A stretch of DNA of 64,000 bases, taken from Octopus vulgaris. Its lineage: Eukaryota. The translations under genes and the position numbers were made by a program. The notes beneath the pieces were generated by a model, which was given only the letters and a program-made list of their open reading frames with translations, was not told the DNA's origin and ran no database searches. Shown piece by piece: positions 25,904-38,924 of this stretch; within the stretch, counting starts at the first letter, position 1; every line of letters starts with the position of its first letter. The DNA lies in NCBI GenBank assembly GCA_951406725.2, contig OX597815.1:41664001-41728000 (forward strand), given 5' to 3'.

Positions 25904-28900
25904 TATATACTGGATTAAAGTTCTCATTTATATTAAAAACAATAAGAAAGGGCCCTAGACTATCTTTGAATTAACATACTCTCGGTATTAATAGCTACAC
26001 CTATTAGTCCATTAAAACATAAGTTTATGCTTACGAATATTAGCAGGTAGTAGGGTGGTGAACTGAGAGAATCGTTAGCATGCTTAGTGGCATTTAGTCT
26101 GTCTTTACATTCTAAGTTCAAATTCGTCTTACCAGTTAAGCACTGGAATCGATGTAATTAATTCCACCCACCTCCAAAAAAAATTGCTGGCCATGTGAAA
26201 AGACCCATTTTCCAAAGTGATATTGCATCAATATTTAGTATCATTATAGTTCATGTTATATATTTAATTGCTTCTTGGATTGACTCTAATATCTGTTTAT
26301 CTTAGATAACTAGAAGATATGTGGTAGACCTGCTAAGAATAGTAACTCAGAAATGTGTCTCCACTGTAGAAATTGAGATAAAAATACTCATTCCACGATC
26401 AAAGTGTTAAATTTATATTTTTGTTCTTTTATAAATATATAAAGAATATATTTCTTATCGCTGACTCAAGTAAGTCATTCGTTTAATTTGTTCTTGTTAA
26501 TTCTGTGAAATCTGTCTTGAAAATATAAAAGGAAAATAAAGCAACATTCATTTATCATTAAAACTTAAATAAATTGTTAAAATTGAGCAAGTTTTGGCTA
26601 ATTATCTCCCTTGACTAATCTATCTCAATAAGTTTTAATTGTTATCTCCCTTCAAAAATACACCCGACGTAATTCTGTGACGAACAGGTTGTTCAGTGTG
26701 GAAGTTGTGAGAACTTGTTCCAAAGGTACGCGAAAATTAGACAGCTCCACTCTGACAATTATATGCTATCTCTGCAGCAGAAACGGAGAAAAACGGTAAT
26801 ATTCTATGCAATAACATCATAAATTGCCGACAGATTTAAAGTTGAAGTATCTTAGATACTTCAAATTTACATCCTAATAACTGCACATTTACTAAATTAG
26901 ACAATTTATTCATTGTTCTTTAATTATTAACAGTTCACTTGAATGTTAGTTCTTGTTCAACTGAATAATATTTCGTTTTATGTATTGGCAATTTTGTACA
27001 GGAGAGAGAAAAAATACCCCATACTTTTTCAGTCTTACAAAGTAATCTCAGTTAATTTGTTGTTCAATTTAGTGGCGGAGGTAAAGAATACGTACACCAC
27101 CCGTTTTTGGCGTAACAAAAAGCTTAACTCTAAACACCAGGTGTGCATATTCTGTTCTTTCGCCCAATTTAGTTGTTTCTGGGAAGTATGTTAGGTGGAT
27201 GCAGTAGTTCTTCTGTACTTATTTATCGTTAGTAGAGTGCATTCCAGCAGAGTTTAGTGGGCTTAAAAAGGTTAGTAATGCTGCTAATAGTTTAATCTAT
27301 ATGCAAATTTGTTTTAAAACTTGTCTTGTCCTTCTCAAAACTAAGACATAGGCACACTAAACACACCCAGGGTCCAACTCTATGTAAGATGATGCTTGTT
27401 GTCAAGAAATAAATGTAGAGACTCCAGTGCAATACTTTGCCAAGGAGTCTATTATGCTGCTAAAAACAGTTCAGATGGCAAGCCTACCAAATAAAAAGGG
27501 AAATTGCTTGCCTCTCCTTTCTTTATTAATAAGTTAAATTAGAGTTTGCATCCACATAATTCTTTCTATATCATGAACAATTTTAAAACCATTTTACTTT
27601 TTATTAAATGTGGCAATATATCCACGCACTTTTTAATTCTTTACTGGCCCCATAAAATATTTCCCTCACACATCCATATCATCTTTCATTATTAGTATTT
27701 TGATTCCATTGTACTGTTGGGCTGTGCAACATGTGGTGATGTAAAGTATGTGATTTATAGTTTATTGTGGAAGAGAAGACTTTGAGATTGATAGCAAGAT
27801 TGATATCCAGCATAGTTCTTGTATATTATTTGTTTGCATCATTAAAATTTTGAAATTTCAAGAGGTATGAAATAAATCATTTTTAACAGTAGAATAATTC
27901 AAAGTAGATAAAGCTTAAGATAACAGCAAGTTGTAAGAATATCAGGTTAAAAACCATTCAATTAGAAAAAAGTCAAGGGGAGCCTTCACCTGTTTTCTGT
28001 CTAAGGATTTTTAAAACCTACATGCTATTATTTATAGCTTTATGAAAGCTACAATCTGGCAGAATTGTTAGCACACTGAGCAGTGCTTTGTGGCATTTCA
28101 TCTACCTTTACGTTCTGACTTCAAATTCTACCTAGGTTAACTTTGCCTTTCATCTTTTCAGGTTTAATAAATTAAGTGCCAGTGAAACACTGGGATTCAA
28201 TGTAATCAACTAGCCCCACCACCCACCCAAGATTTCGGGCCTTGTGCCTATAGCAGAAAGGGTTATTTATAGCTTTATCTACTTTGAGTTCCACAGTTAA
28301 AAACAGTTTGTTTAGTTTTGAACACTCACAGACTAGTATTTAAAGAGTAAATATAGCAAAGGATGTTCTGTAGGGTAGTAGTTTTGTATTCATATGAAAT
28401 ATGACAAAATATTTAGCACATTGATGGTAAAGGGGCCATTACTGTTTTCCTCACTAGTACAGCTCCATGAAATATATTTTTTAATTAATAATTTATTATT
28501 GAACTAATGACTAATGCAATATGTTGTGTTCAAATTAATTTATATAGGTTAGAAAAGCTGTTGCAATACCATCTGTTATACTTTGAATGTCTCATGAATA
28601 ATGACAAAATGTACTAAAAAAAGCATTTTCTCATTATGTAGTAATCTTGGAAATTTTATTCCTTGTTTCTTCTATTAATTCTCCACAAAAATCATTTCCA
28701 TTCCATTCATATTTTAATTCCTAAGTGTCCTTAGTGTCAATTCAGTTGACACAGCTAATATATCATTCTCTCATCTATAACTGCTTACTGCATTTATTTC
28801 AGAGCCATTCAAGAGTTGATTGTTAATGACAAGATACTCACTTTGTCAAATCTTCAACGAAATGGTCCAACAGCCTATCTAGTCAGTTATCTATCATCTC

Positions 28901-30669
28901 TTTGGATTAATTGCCATTATTTAGTTAAGAGAAATATGCTTAATTTTGGTTTTGAAACTTTTTTTTGCTTGTATGTACACAAAACATTTTAGTTTTAAAA
29001 AAAATTTTTTTTTACTTTAAATAGTTTGACTTAATCTTATCAAAACATTTCAGTATTGAAATCTAAGTACTTGTCAACTTTTTTTTTTTACATAAATAAT
29101 TAGGATTATTTATTTTCCAAACTATTGTAGGTCTAAGTATATAGATTTATATTGAACAAGTAAAAAAAAAAAATCTTATTAATTCTATACATATTCTCTA
29201 ACATTTTCAACAAAATTTCTTTTAGCAGTTCTCATGTAAGTTTTTAATAGATTTACAGTCAGTTACTCCCAATTAATTTCCTGTTGACCTAATCATATAT
29301 TAATGTATCTGCAGGCTGTATTAAGAGTTATTGATTTTATATGCCTTACACATATGCAAGTGATTAATCGAATATTTGTTTCAGAAAAGGATTTTTTTCA
29401 GAATCTATATTATGTAATTTAATCTTTTTTTAAAAAATATTATTTGTATTCATTTTTCATTTTAACTGACATTTTCCCATATATCTGAGCTACATAATTC
29501 CGTCCAGCTTGCACATGAAATGATACAATCTTATATATTTTGGCACCAATTCAGTCTGCAGTAAATGATTCAGTGTTTTTGTTTGTTTTTTTTCTTCTCC
29601 TTCCTTCCTTCCCCTGTCAACACAATGCCAAAGAACAATTTGATACATGATCAGAAAACAAAACAAAACTGTCTGAAGGTATCCATTAAATAAGCTGGTT
29701 TGTTCACTCATTATCATTATAATTTCTCTGTAAACGAAAAAAAAAATATATCATCCATGTAAAAAAAAAATTTTTAAAAAAAGGAAGAATGTTGTATCCA
29801 TCAGCCCGGAATTTTATGGAACCAGTTACATTTTCACTTATAAGAATTTCTTTTTTGTAAAATAACTATGTAAACAAAGATGTTTTTAAAAATTTATGAA
29901 TGCCAACTGTAATTTTAAACATTTCATCAGTCATTTATATGTCCTTAAAATAGTTTAATGTTTCTATAAAAAAAAAACAAAAACAAAAAAATGTTAAGAT
30001 TTTAGTGATTCCCACCTCCCTACCATTGTCACTTTTTTTTCTATTGGAGAAATGAATTCTTGCAGGCAAAATTCCCAAGACAAAAACAATTATGAAAACT
30101 TTTCCATTATTCTCACTTTTGTTCATATTTTTGTAAAATGTTTTAAATGTCTATTTACAATTTTTTTAAGCCTAAATATAAAAAAAAAATACTCTTTGTA
30201 TCATACTTCGTCTATCAGTTTAAATATCCAATCTCTAAATTTCTCATTAAGAAATATGGTTGCTAAAATACTTATTGTTTTTTTCTGACAAATAGTTTTC
30301 CCCCCTCAAAATAAATAAATGTTGAACAAATTCTAACCGGAGTTCAAAAACTTTTCCTTACATCAATGTATAATTTATCTATTTTTCTTCATTTTAATGC
30401 TTTCCGTTTTTCACTGTCAAGTTATAAATGCAGAGTGGTTACATTTTAAGACCCTTGTTCATATTAAACCAAAAATGAGTTTTTTCCCTAATTGTCAGCA
30501 GCTCCTGAACATTTTGCAACTAAAAGCATCAGAATCTTTATAATTACCAAACACTTTGTAAGTACAGTAATCCCTTATCATATCATGGCTCGTTATTCAA
30601 GCTTACTTCGATTCCTCTGTGGTGTTGTTTTACATTTATAAAATAAATACACACAAATTGTAAAAATTT

Positions 30670-31135
30670 GGATCTTTTCACTTTGACCGGCAGATTTTTA
30701 AAATAATTATTTCGTAACTAAACACTTTTAAACTTCGTATACTGGTAGAATGTTACATAAAACATCTTTTTCTCTTGGCTTTCTTGAGAAAATTCTGTAG
30801 TTTGTAAGCTATTTGTTAAATTTCTTGCATTTCGACAATTTCAACCATTCAATGACGTCTATTGAGGTGAATACAATTTCTGCTGTTATTTGCCAACAAG
30901 TTCAACAAGAACTTCTAGCGGTGTAGCTGTCACTTATAAACCCACGTGGGTTTATTTACATTTCTGAAGAAAAAAGAAACCCTTCTTCCCCACCCATAAC
31001 CCCACAATCTTTTATTCATACGAACGTGACTGATATGAAATATGTCATAAATAACAGTGACAAACAAAATAGAGACCGCAGGAAGTTCTTAACAAACAAC
31101 AGCAGAAATTGTATTCACCTCAATAGATGTCATTG
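30670..31135. mobile_element. Non-autonomous DNA-transposon-like repeat with internal inverted duplication
   Basis: Starts ggatcttttcactttgaccggcag. Inverted arms 30850-30887 / 31098-31135 (37 of 38 match) and 30907-30922 / 31075-31090. Confidence 0.55.
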
Positions 31136-31511
31136 ACGAGCAGTCTCCGGGAACGAATTAACTCGTATACCCGAGGCACAGCAAAGGGGCGGTTACTCAA
31201 ATCTTAAAAATTATACATGCAGTGAAGTAACGGTTACTTCCCTTTACTAAATTGTAATGTTTGGTGTCTAATGGAAGCCATTCATATTATGACAAAACTA
31301 AAAAAGAAAATGAATTTGTTTGGACAAATTATTTGCTTCAATATTAGTTCATTGATCTATTGAAAACAAACTAACACACGTGATATATTTAACTTTTTAT
31401 GTAAAACCCATTAGGCTATAAAATCTGAGCAATACCAGTTTCAAAAATGAATATAACAATTTTCTCAGAGACAGACAGCAAAATAAAAATCAAATAGATT
31501 ATGAATACATT

Positions 31512-31517
31512 TTTATT
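31512..31517 (-). promoter_or_regulatory. Possible EFL1 poly(A) signal
   Basis: AATAAA on - strand about 85 nt past the stop; common by chance in AT-rich DNA. Confidence 0.3.
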
Positions 31518-31600
31518 TTTTGACAATATACCTTAGTTTGTAAAATTACATTCATTAGAATAATTGGTCTCCAACATAAATTTTAAAGAATTAGTATGGT

Positions 31601-31789
31601 TTATTTGTTTTTCTTTAACGTCCTTTGTTTTTCTGCATGTTCTACAATTTTTTCATTAACCTTTAAACCTTTTCGTTTACGGACTGCATTCATATATGAC
31701 CGAGCCAAATTCTCTGAATCAGCCTTTTCTCCAAAATGTAGATATTCTTCCTCGGTTTGAGGTTCCCAGAATGGATCCATGTCAACCAC
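31601..31789 (-). CDS. EFL1: EFL1 last coding exon ([10 protein letters not shown]...[12 protein letters not shown]), 189 nt
   Basis: ttttag|GTG...TAA. EFL1-specific C-terminus DPFW.P.TEEE...EKQRTL. Confidence 0.95.
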   Translation of the reverse strand: MVDMDPFWEPQTEEEYLHFGEKADSENLARSYMNAVRKRKGLKVNEKIVEHAEKQRTLKKNK

Positions 31790-31916
31790 CTAAAAATATA
31801 AAAGAACATTAGCTATCATAAATTACTTTTGATGACTTGAATCCCACAGGCAGACATATATTTTCTATCCAAAAGGGATTTTCCACCCAATATTAACACT
31901 ATATATATATATATAT

Positions 31917-32162
31917 AGGGGTCAGAGGATATCCCATAAGTAATAGGTTTTTTTTTTAAATACTTTTATTTTTTTAAAATTAAGATAAAGTTTTGTTTAA
32001 TCTATATACTGCATTAATATTCCCCACACTTTCCATTGAATTGTTGCCTTTATTGAACTCAAAGCAAAATATGCCCCTTTGTTACCTCCATTATAGCTTT
32101 GAAAAAGTAACTGCTTAGTTCATGCAATTGAAAAAAAACAACATATTTATGGGATGACCCAA
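31917..32162 (-). mobile_element. Short deletion derivative of the 49.7-kb mariner family
   Basis: Same TIR (tttatgggatgacccaa) and shared internal pieces (ccattatagctttgaaaa, agttcatgcaattgaaaaa). Confidence 0.75.
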
Positions 32163-33589
32163 TACACGTGTGTGTGTGTAACTTCATGTGCTTCAAGATC
32201 CCCAGGTCCCAAAAGAATTATTACAAAGTCATTTAAGAACATTTGTCAGCTGGAGTTGACTTTCTATCAAGGTTGTGTGTGTGTGGTTACTGACAGTTGT
32301 CCATGCATGAAAGGCTCTTCTCCATGCCACAGATGTTGTCCAAAGCCATTGCTTTAGAGCCAATATACTTTGGCACTAGTGTTGTTGCCATAAGAACACA
32401 AAGGCCAATGCTCTAACAGTTCTACCATTTGGAGTGGTTTTATTGATCCAGAAAGGATCAAAGACAAAGTTAATCTCAGTGAAATCTGAACTTAGAACAT
32501 CTATTCAATGCCTCAACAACTTTATCACCTTCTAAATAGTAATTACTGAAATAATTTGTTAAATTATCTTCCTTAATTTAACTTTCAGAATAATTGGGCA
32601 ACACTAATTCATTTTCATATTGGTTTCAAATTTTTGCACAAGGTCAGCAATTTTGGGAGAGTGGGTAAGTCTGTATGCCAAAAGAAATGCATTTCTATTA
32701 AATTTCATTGAATAATAATACATCAACCCCAGTGGTCAAGTGATATATATTTTACTGACCTCGGCAGGATTTGAAATCAGAATGTAAAGATGGAGTAAAT
32801 GCAGCTAAGCATTTTGCCTGGCATGCTAACAATTTTGTCAGCTTGCCCCTTAATTTTAATACTAAATGCTTTTAACAGGCAAAAATGCTAAGTGTCGTTT
32901 CATCAGTCTTTGTGTTCCGATTTAAAATTCTGCCAGGGTCAGCTTTGCCTTTCAGAGTTGATAAAATAAATACCAGCTGAGAACTGGGGTTGATGCAACA
33001 ATCAGCTTGTCCCCCTGCCCTGAAGTTGCTGGTTTTGTGCCAAAATTTGAAACCAATATTAAAAGCTTTGCAACATGCAATGGATCAAATACAGAAATAT
33101 CATTTACAATATAAAGCTAACAAAACTTGAAAATTGTCTAGGCCAATCTTGCTAGTCAGCTTAAATTTCTCTCTTTCAGAAAAACAAAATTTACCAACTT
33201 CCATTTCAAAGATCTTAATACTAATGTTGTAGCTTTCACAATTACTTTGTAATTAAAAATTGCTAATCTTTACATATACCTATTTCCTAAAAGGTCAGAT
33301 AGCCAATATAATGCAATGAATACACACAAACATTCTTTAATTAACTAGTTTGTAATTTTCTCTTCTTGGATGTCATGCTTTCATTGAAGTATTCCACAAG
33401 GATGCTGTTTAGCTATTAACTGGAGAAAATATATTTAGTACCATATTTGTAGTGTAACTTTTAGTGCTTGAAAGTACTGATATGGATCAATTGGGTACTA
33501 GTCAAAGATATTAGTGATTCTTTTCTTATAACTAGCTCTAAATTGTTTGTATCACATATCCAAGTAAGAGAACTTCCAAATCATCCCAC

Positions 33590-34490
33590 TTAACAGTAAG
33601 CCAGTACTGAAGAGTTGGAAATAGACACTGCTCTAAGTGGTAGCACTTCTGTTAAAAATTAACAAGTGCTTTGTAATGCTAGCCATGTAAAGAAAGCAAG
33701 GTGCGAGTTTAGTGAAGAATTTAGCATACAGACAGGTAGCAATCAAGGCCCTCTATTGCATATTATAGTTCTGCTGACCATAAAAGAAGTTTAAGAGACT
33801 AACCCCCCCGCCAAAAAAAAGGAACTGTTGTATGTTGATAATTATCAAAAAAAAGTCTTAGCATGAAATTAAGTCCTTAAAGTAAGCCTAGTAGAAAAAA
33901 ATGGAATAAAACAGGACTTTGCTACCACTGGGAAGTGGCCCTTGCTCAGTATGCAAAAAAAAAAAAAAAAGTGTACAAGAGGAGTAATGGATTCATAGGC
34001 AGGTTATCAGGAAAGGAAGACTTCATCTATAGCAGATCACAGGAATAGTTAATAGTAAGAGCATCTAGGAAATAAGTACTTTCAACTGCAGAGAAGTTTC
34101 TCTAGAAATAGTTGATAGCTTCTGTTACCTATGTAACATAATTAACAGCAGTGATAGAGTTTTGAAAGGAATGAAGGGAAGATTGCATGACATGTATGAA
34201 GTACATTGATGTGTAGCAGCAAAACACTGGGCATTAAATGCAGAAGAATTGCAAAGGCTGAACATAAAAATGAGACAAAAATGCTCTGCTGAGTATGCAA
34301 TGTTAATGTGCATGAATTATGAAGCACAAATGATCTGAGTGAAATCAGATGTAAAGAGCAAAAGAGATGAACTGCACAGGTATAAATAATCATGTGATGC
34401 ATATACAGGAATACAGTTGAGTAAAGACATACCAAGCAATTCCAGTTAAGACACCCTATAGAAGCTAAAGACCATGGAAGATATAGGAGA
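33590..34490 (+). mobile_element. Decayed RTE-clade LINE reverse transcriptase fragment
   Basis: Broken peptides resembling EFS..G..QG...PLL.IIVL, ELLY.D and LEIVDSFCYL. A similar 3' piece lies at ~40990-41400. Confidence 0.6.
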
Positions 34491-35223
34491 AATTATAAAA
34501 ACTGGTCTGTAAAGTGGTTGTCACTAGGAAGGACATCCTGCTATAGAAACCAAGCCAAAACATCTGGCCTTACCAGTTCCTGTCAATCCACCCAACCCAT
34601 GCCCGGATGGAAAACGTACATTAAATGTTGTTGATGATGATCAGAGAAGGTGGAACCTTACAAAAGAAATGACAAAGAAACACATCAAATGGTGTGACGC
34701 CCATGCTGGAGATTACCTATTCAAGACATGCGAGCAGGAATGAGTGGATATCATCATCATCGTTTAGCGTCCGCTTTCCATGCTAGCATGGGTTGGACGG
34801 TTCAACTGGGGTCTGGGAAGCCAGAAGGCTGCACCAAGCCTAGTCTCATCTGGCAATGTTTCTACGGCTGGATGCCCTTCCTAATGCCAACCACTCCATG
34901 AGTGTAGTGGGTGCTTTTTACGTGCCACCGGCACGGGGGCCAGGCGAGGCTGGCAATGGCCACGATCGGATGGTGCTTTTTACGTGCCACCAGCACAAGG
35001 CCAGTCGGGGCGGCGCTGATGATTGTAATGAAGTGACAGTACCAGCAGAGTACTAGACAAAATACCTTAGTGCTTAGTAACCAAATCCAAAACTCACTGG
35101 CTTTGATCAAAAAGGAATATGTCAAAGTCTAAAATTGATTAAGTCAACATATTTTGGCTATGTTAGAAATCACTGTATATAATCAGTTCTTTTAATTTAT
35201 CCTTAATCAAAATTTTTCCTTAC

Positions 35224-35408
35224 CTCCCAATGACTAAAACGGAGTTGTGGACTAGCCAAACCACTTGTTTTTTTCCTGATGTCTTCAGCAAAACCAAAGC
35301 TTTCAATAATTGGTAGAGCTGCTTCAATATTAAATACCCGAGTACCTTCTCTCATATCTTCATGAAGTATCTTACCATTGCGCTTTCCAAGTACAGCATA
35401 CAGTTTAC
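35224..35408 (-). CDS. EFL1: EFL1 exon ([11 protein letters not shown]...[27 protein letters not shown]), 185 nt
   Basis: tttcag|GT...GAG|gtaagg. Domain V motif. Confidence 0.95.
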
Positions 35409-35588
35409 CTGAAATAAGTAAATATATGAGCAAGGATTAACAACTAAAATCTTTTTCAAATTAATGCAGGTGGAGTAGTAGTTAAAAGTAATGACATTTT
35501 AAAAAGTACATTCTAAGATTTGCAATTGTAAATATTTTTTTATCTTTGTTTCCTTTTTCTTGTGTCAGAATGAAAAAGTGTTTGAAAC

Positions 35589-35781
35589 TGTTGTGTGGAC
35601 GCCCTCAGACGATGAAGTAGGCTAGCCCAATATGTTGATATAGAGGGAGAAGTCTAGACGTCAAGTAGTAGAGAGTGCAGTTGAGTAACAGTCGGTAGAG
35701 TAGAGCAGAGTAGAAGGCATCCGAATGTGCGACGAGGATTTCATAGCACACACCGCCTCTGTGTAGTATTGCGACATAACA
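35589..35781. mobile_element. Solo LTR, 193 bp
   Basis: TGTTGTGT...ACATAACA inverted termini, perfect 5-bp TSD GAAAC (35584-88 / 35782-86), CpGs retained. Confidence 0.8.
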
Positions 35782-35851
35782 GAAACTAATATTTTCATAC
35801 TGCCAGAGCCATTGTTTAGACAGCAAAGCACTCTGTTTGGCCAGTTGAAAG

Positions 35852-36078
35852 TTAACCCTTTAGTGTTCAGATTATTCAATCAAACATAATGCTTATTGAT
35901 TCCCATTGATTTGAATTAATCATGCATTATCTCATATCTTCAAGATCTTGATGGTGTAATTACTTAATGTAGAATAACATTGTAGGGTAGGTGTGAGGGC
36001 CTGGATCTGGTCAGTTTGAACATAAAACAGATTAAATATTATAGCCGGATATGGCCGGTTTAAATACTAAAGGGTTAA
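35852..36078. mobile_element. piggyBac-type MITE, family 1 (related copies at ~7655-7880, 53187-53390, 55540-55630, 59020-59220)
   Basis: TTAA|ccctttag...ctaaaggg|TTAA with a shared internal core (ttgaattaatcatgcattatctc). Confidence 0.75.
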
Positions 36079-36437
36079 ATATGTTAATGAAACAAGCAAA
36101 ATTATGTTTATCATGTACCTTTCTCATGAAGACAATACACCAGTTGTTGAAAATGCTGAACCAATGTGCAATCCAGTATTTTAACGGTCAGCAAAGTGTA
36201 TGAGATTGTATGAAACACTTAACATTAGTGAACCAATAATTGAAATTAATACATCATTCAAAGCTGAATTAGCAAGAAAATATTTTCTGACTTAAAATTT
36301 CCAACTAGGAAAAGCTCATATCTATATTACAGAGTAAAGTTTTTTATAAATCTATCTTTTGAATTAAAGAGTAAATATTTCATAAACATATGAATGCAAA
36401 AATTTGGAAATTTACTTTCAAAAGAAATTCAACTTAC

Positions 36438-37321
36438 CAAGTACATCAGCAGTAGCTTGAATATCACATTTGTACATAGCAACCATTAAACGCATTGACT
36501 GAGTTAAGAATACCTTTCTACAACTATCTTTTATAGTCGACATTAACTGCCCTGACAATGAGCCATATGTAACCTCATTAGTGTATGTTAAGTCTTTTCT
36601 CTCTTCTGATGCACCGTTTGTATCACCTATACAACATGATGATGTCCCATTAAGACTGTCCAAGTAATCCCACTGTTCAATAATAAAACAGACACCATGC
36701 ATTGGTTCTTCACAAAGAGGGCCCGACAAAGTAGCCATTTGAAAACCACTGATAATGCTATCATCATAACTACGCAGCATGCCAGTGGTATCATCTGTAA
36801 TGTTCCATAACGAAGGTCTTTGGTAATTAGGAATTTTATTCACAAGTATATTTGGTCCAACATGTCGAGGCCCAAAGGACCATATATGATCGGTGAACCC
36901 CTGCCATTCTTTACCCGCTTGTGAAAAAGCATCATCTAACTGTTTCTTTAGATTTCGGACACCTTCATCCAGAACATGATTTATTTCAGTACTTTTTAAT
37001 TGGTCTCCTTTAGAAGTTCGGATTTTTATTTGAGCTTGGAAATATTTTAAGACCTCTGTACTTTTTTCCAAAATGCTTGCAACTTCTTCTGGAAGAGGTT
37101 TTGCACTGAGGTGAATAGTGCATTTTCGATTTGATGTTTGTATTTCAATAAGACCGGGTCTAATCTCCTCTATATCATTCTCCATATTCTTCATACGTAA
37201 ACATTTTGTATCAGTCATTTGAACAATAGCTTCATTGACCATATCAGTTTTAGGAGGAGTAATTATTGTTTCACGGAATGGCACAATCGGTGAAGAAGCA
37301 ATGATCTGTACGTTAGCATAC
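36438..37321 (-). CDS. EFL1: EFL1 large exon (domain IV), 884 nt
   Basis: ttgcag|G...CTTG|gtaagt. PIVPFRETI, IWSFGP and GPLCEEPMHGV motifs. Confidence 0.95.
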
Positions 37322-37434
37322 CTGCAATGAAACAAAAAGAAAAAAAAAATCAAAGTTTGAAACCGTCTTTGATCAATTTTCCATAATTTCTGTAATAAAG
37401 GCAGGAAGCCATATATACAAAATCTAGTAATTAC

Positions 37435-37582
37435 CTATCTGTTAAATCTTCAAGGCAACGCTGTAAATGAACTTCTCCTGCTGCAACAATAACATGCTCA
37501 CCAGTTTCTTGGACAAGGACTTCTACACAGGGATCAGCTTGATTTAACAAACGAAGTCCTTTCACCAAATTAGGCATATCAC
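37435..37582 (-). CDS. EFL1: EFL1 exon ([46 protein letters not shown]), 148 nt
   Basis: ttgttag|GT...GATAG|gtaatt. Domain [11 protein letters not shown] motif. Confidence 0.95.
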
Positions 37583-37927
37583 CTAACAACAGCAACAAAG
37601 AAAAAAAAGTTACATTTCATATAAAGATTTTTGTAATATAAGACTGAAGCAACTTCAAAATAATACTGATTTCAAATTTTGGCACAAGACCAGCAATACC
37701 AAGAGAAGGAGTAAGTTGATTACATTGATCCCAGTACTCAACTGGTACTTATTTTATCATTCCTGAAAGGATGAAAGACAAAGTAGACCATGGCAGAATT
37801 TGAACTCAGAACATAAAGATGAACTCAGAATGTAAAAATGATAAGCATTTTGCCTGGCATGTTAATGATTCAGCAAGCTCACTGCCTTCAACTTTAAAAT
37901 AATACTGAAAAAATAAAGCAGACTTAC

Positions 37928-38059
37928 AGATATTTTGTGGCTCAATAGCAACACGTACAATGGGAGCAGCCTCGAAGTGCATTTCAGTGAAAGCAGGACA
38001 TGCTATGGTTTCACATAATGTTGCTGTCTTCAGAACATATTCTTCTAAATTTCCAATTC
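37928..38059 (-). CDS. EFL1: EFL1 exon (IGNLEEYVLKTATL...PIVRVAIEPQNI), 132 nt
   Basis: tttgtag|GA...ATCT|gtaagt. PIVRVA.EP motif. Confidence 0.94.
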
Positions 38060-38924
38060 CTACAAATTGAACCAATACCACAAAAGTAAAAAAACATGTT
38101 TAATAACCTTACATATTAAATCTCAGATTGAGGAAATTAAGTAACAACGCAGGAGAAATTTCTTAGATAACTCCTAGTCATACAGTAACTTCAACTCCAT
38201 GACTACATACCTAACTCGAAAATAATACAACACTACCACTGAAATAAATTCATTATCTTCTGCACTAGACATAAAATGCCTCAAAATAGCTTTATTTCCA
38301 TTCTAAGCCCAAATTCTGTGACTCAAGTAACTAAAACTCTTATATACTGGTTGAGTCTGCTTTACAAATCTCGTCTGTAGTCACTTATGGCAAAATGAAG
38401 ACATCAGGCCTTCCTAATTGCTAAGCTACGTGTCACAGGTTACTGATTGTCACAGGGTATATAGAATGGTTCTAGATTAGACAAATGATATGGTATATCC
38501 AGAATGCATGACCTATATGATTAGCAGCTTTTGTACCACGAATTTATTCAACCTATACAACTATATTGACTAGGGCTACTCAACAACTAATACTAAGGTA
38601 AAATAGGGATATGCTCGAGTATGTGCATGCATGTGCAAGCGCAGAGGGAGTAGGTTGCAGCAAAAGGATTAAAAATAGTAAAAATAGCAGGACAAATGCT
38701 AATTAATATATGGATTTGATACAACAGTTTGTGTAACAGCTTGTAACTACTGATACTATGAATGTACTTCAGCATCAACACAAGTACTTTGAACAAATCA
38801 AAGAACCATACAAATTTGCACAAGTTGGGGTTCTATCTAATATACGAAAAAAAAATATGGTCAAAATGAATTCAAAACAATAAAAAGCCCAACTGTATAA
38901 TGAAAATAACCTCTGGCTTGTTTG

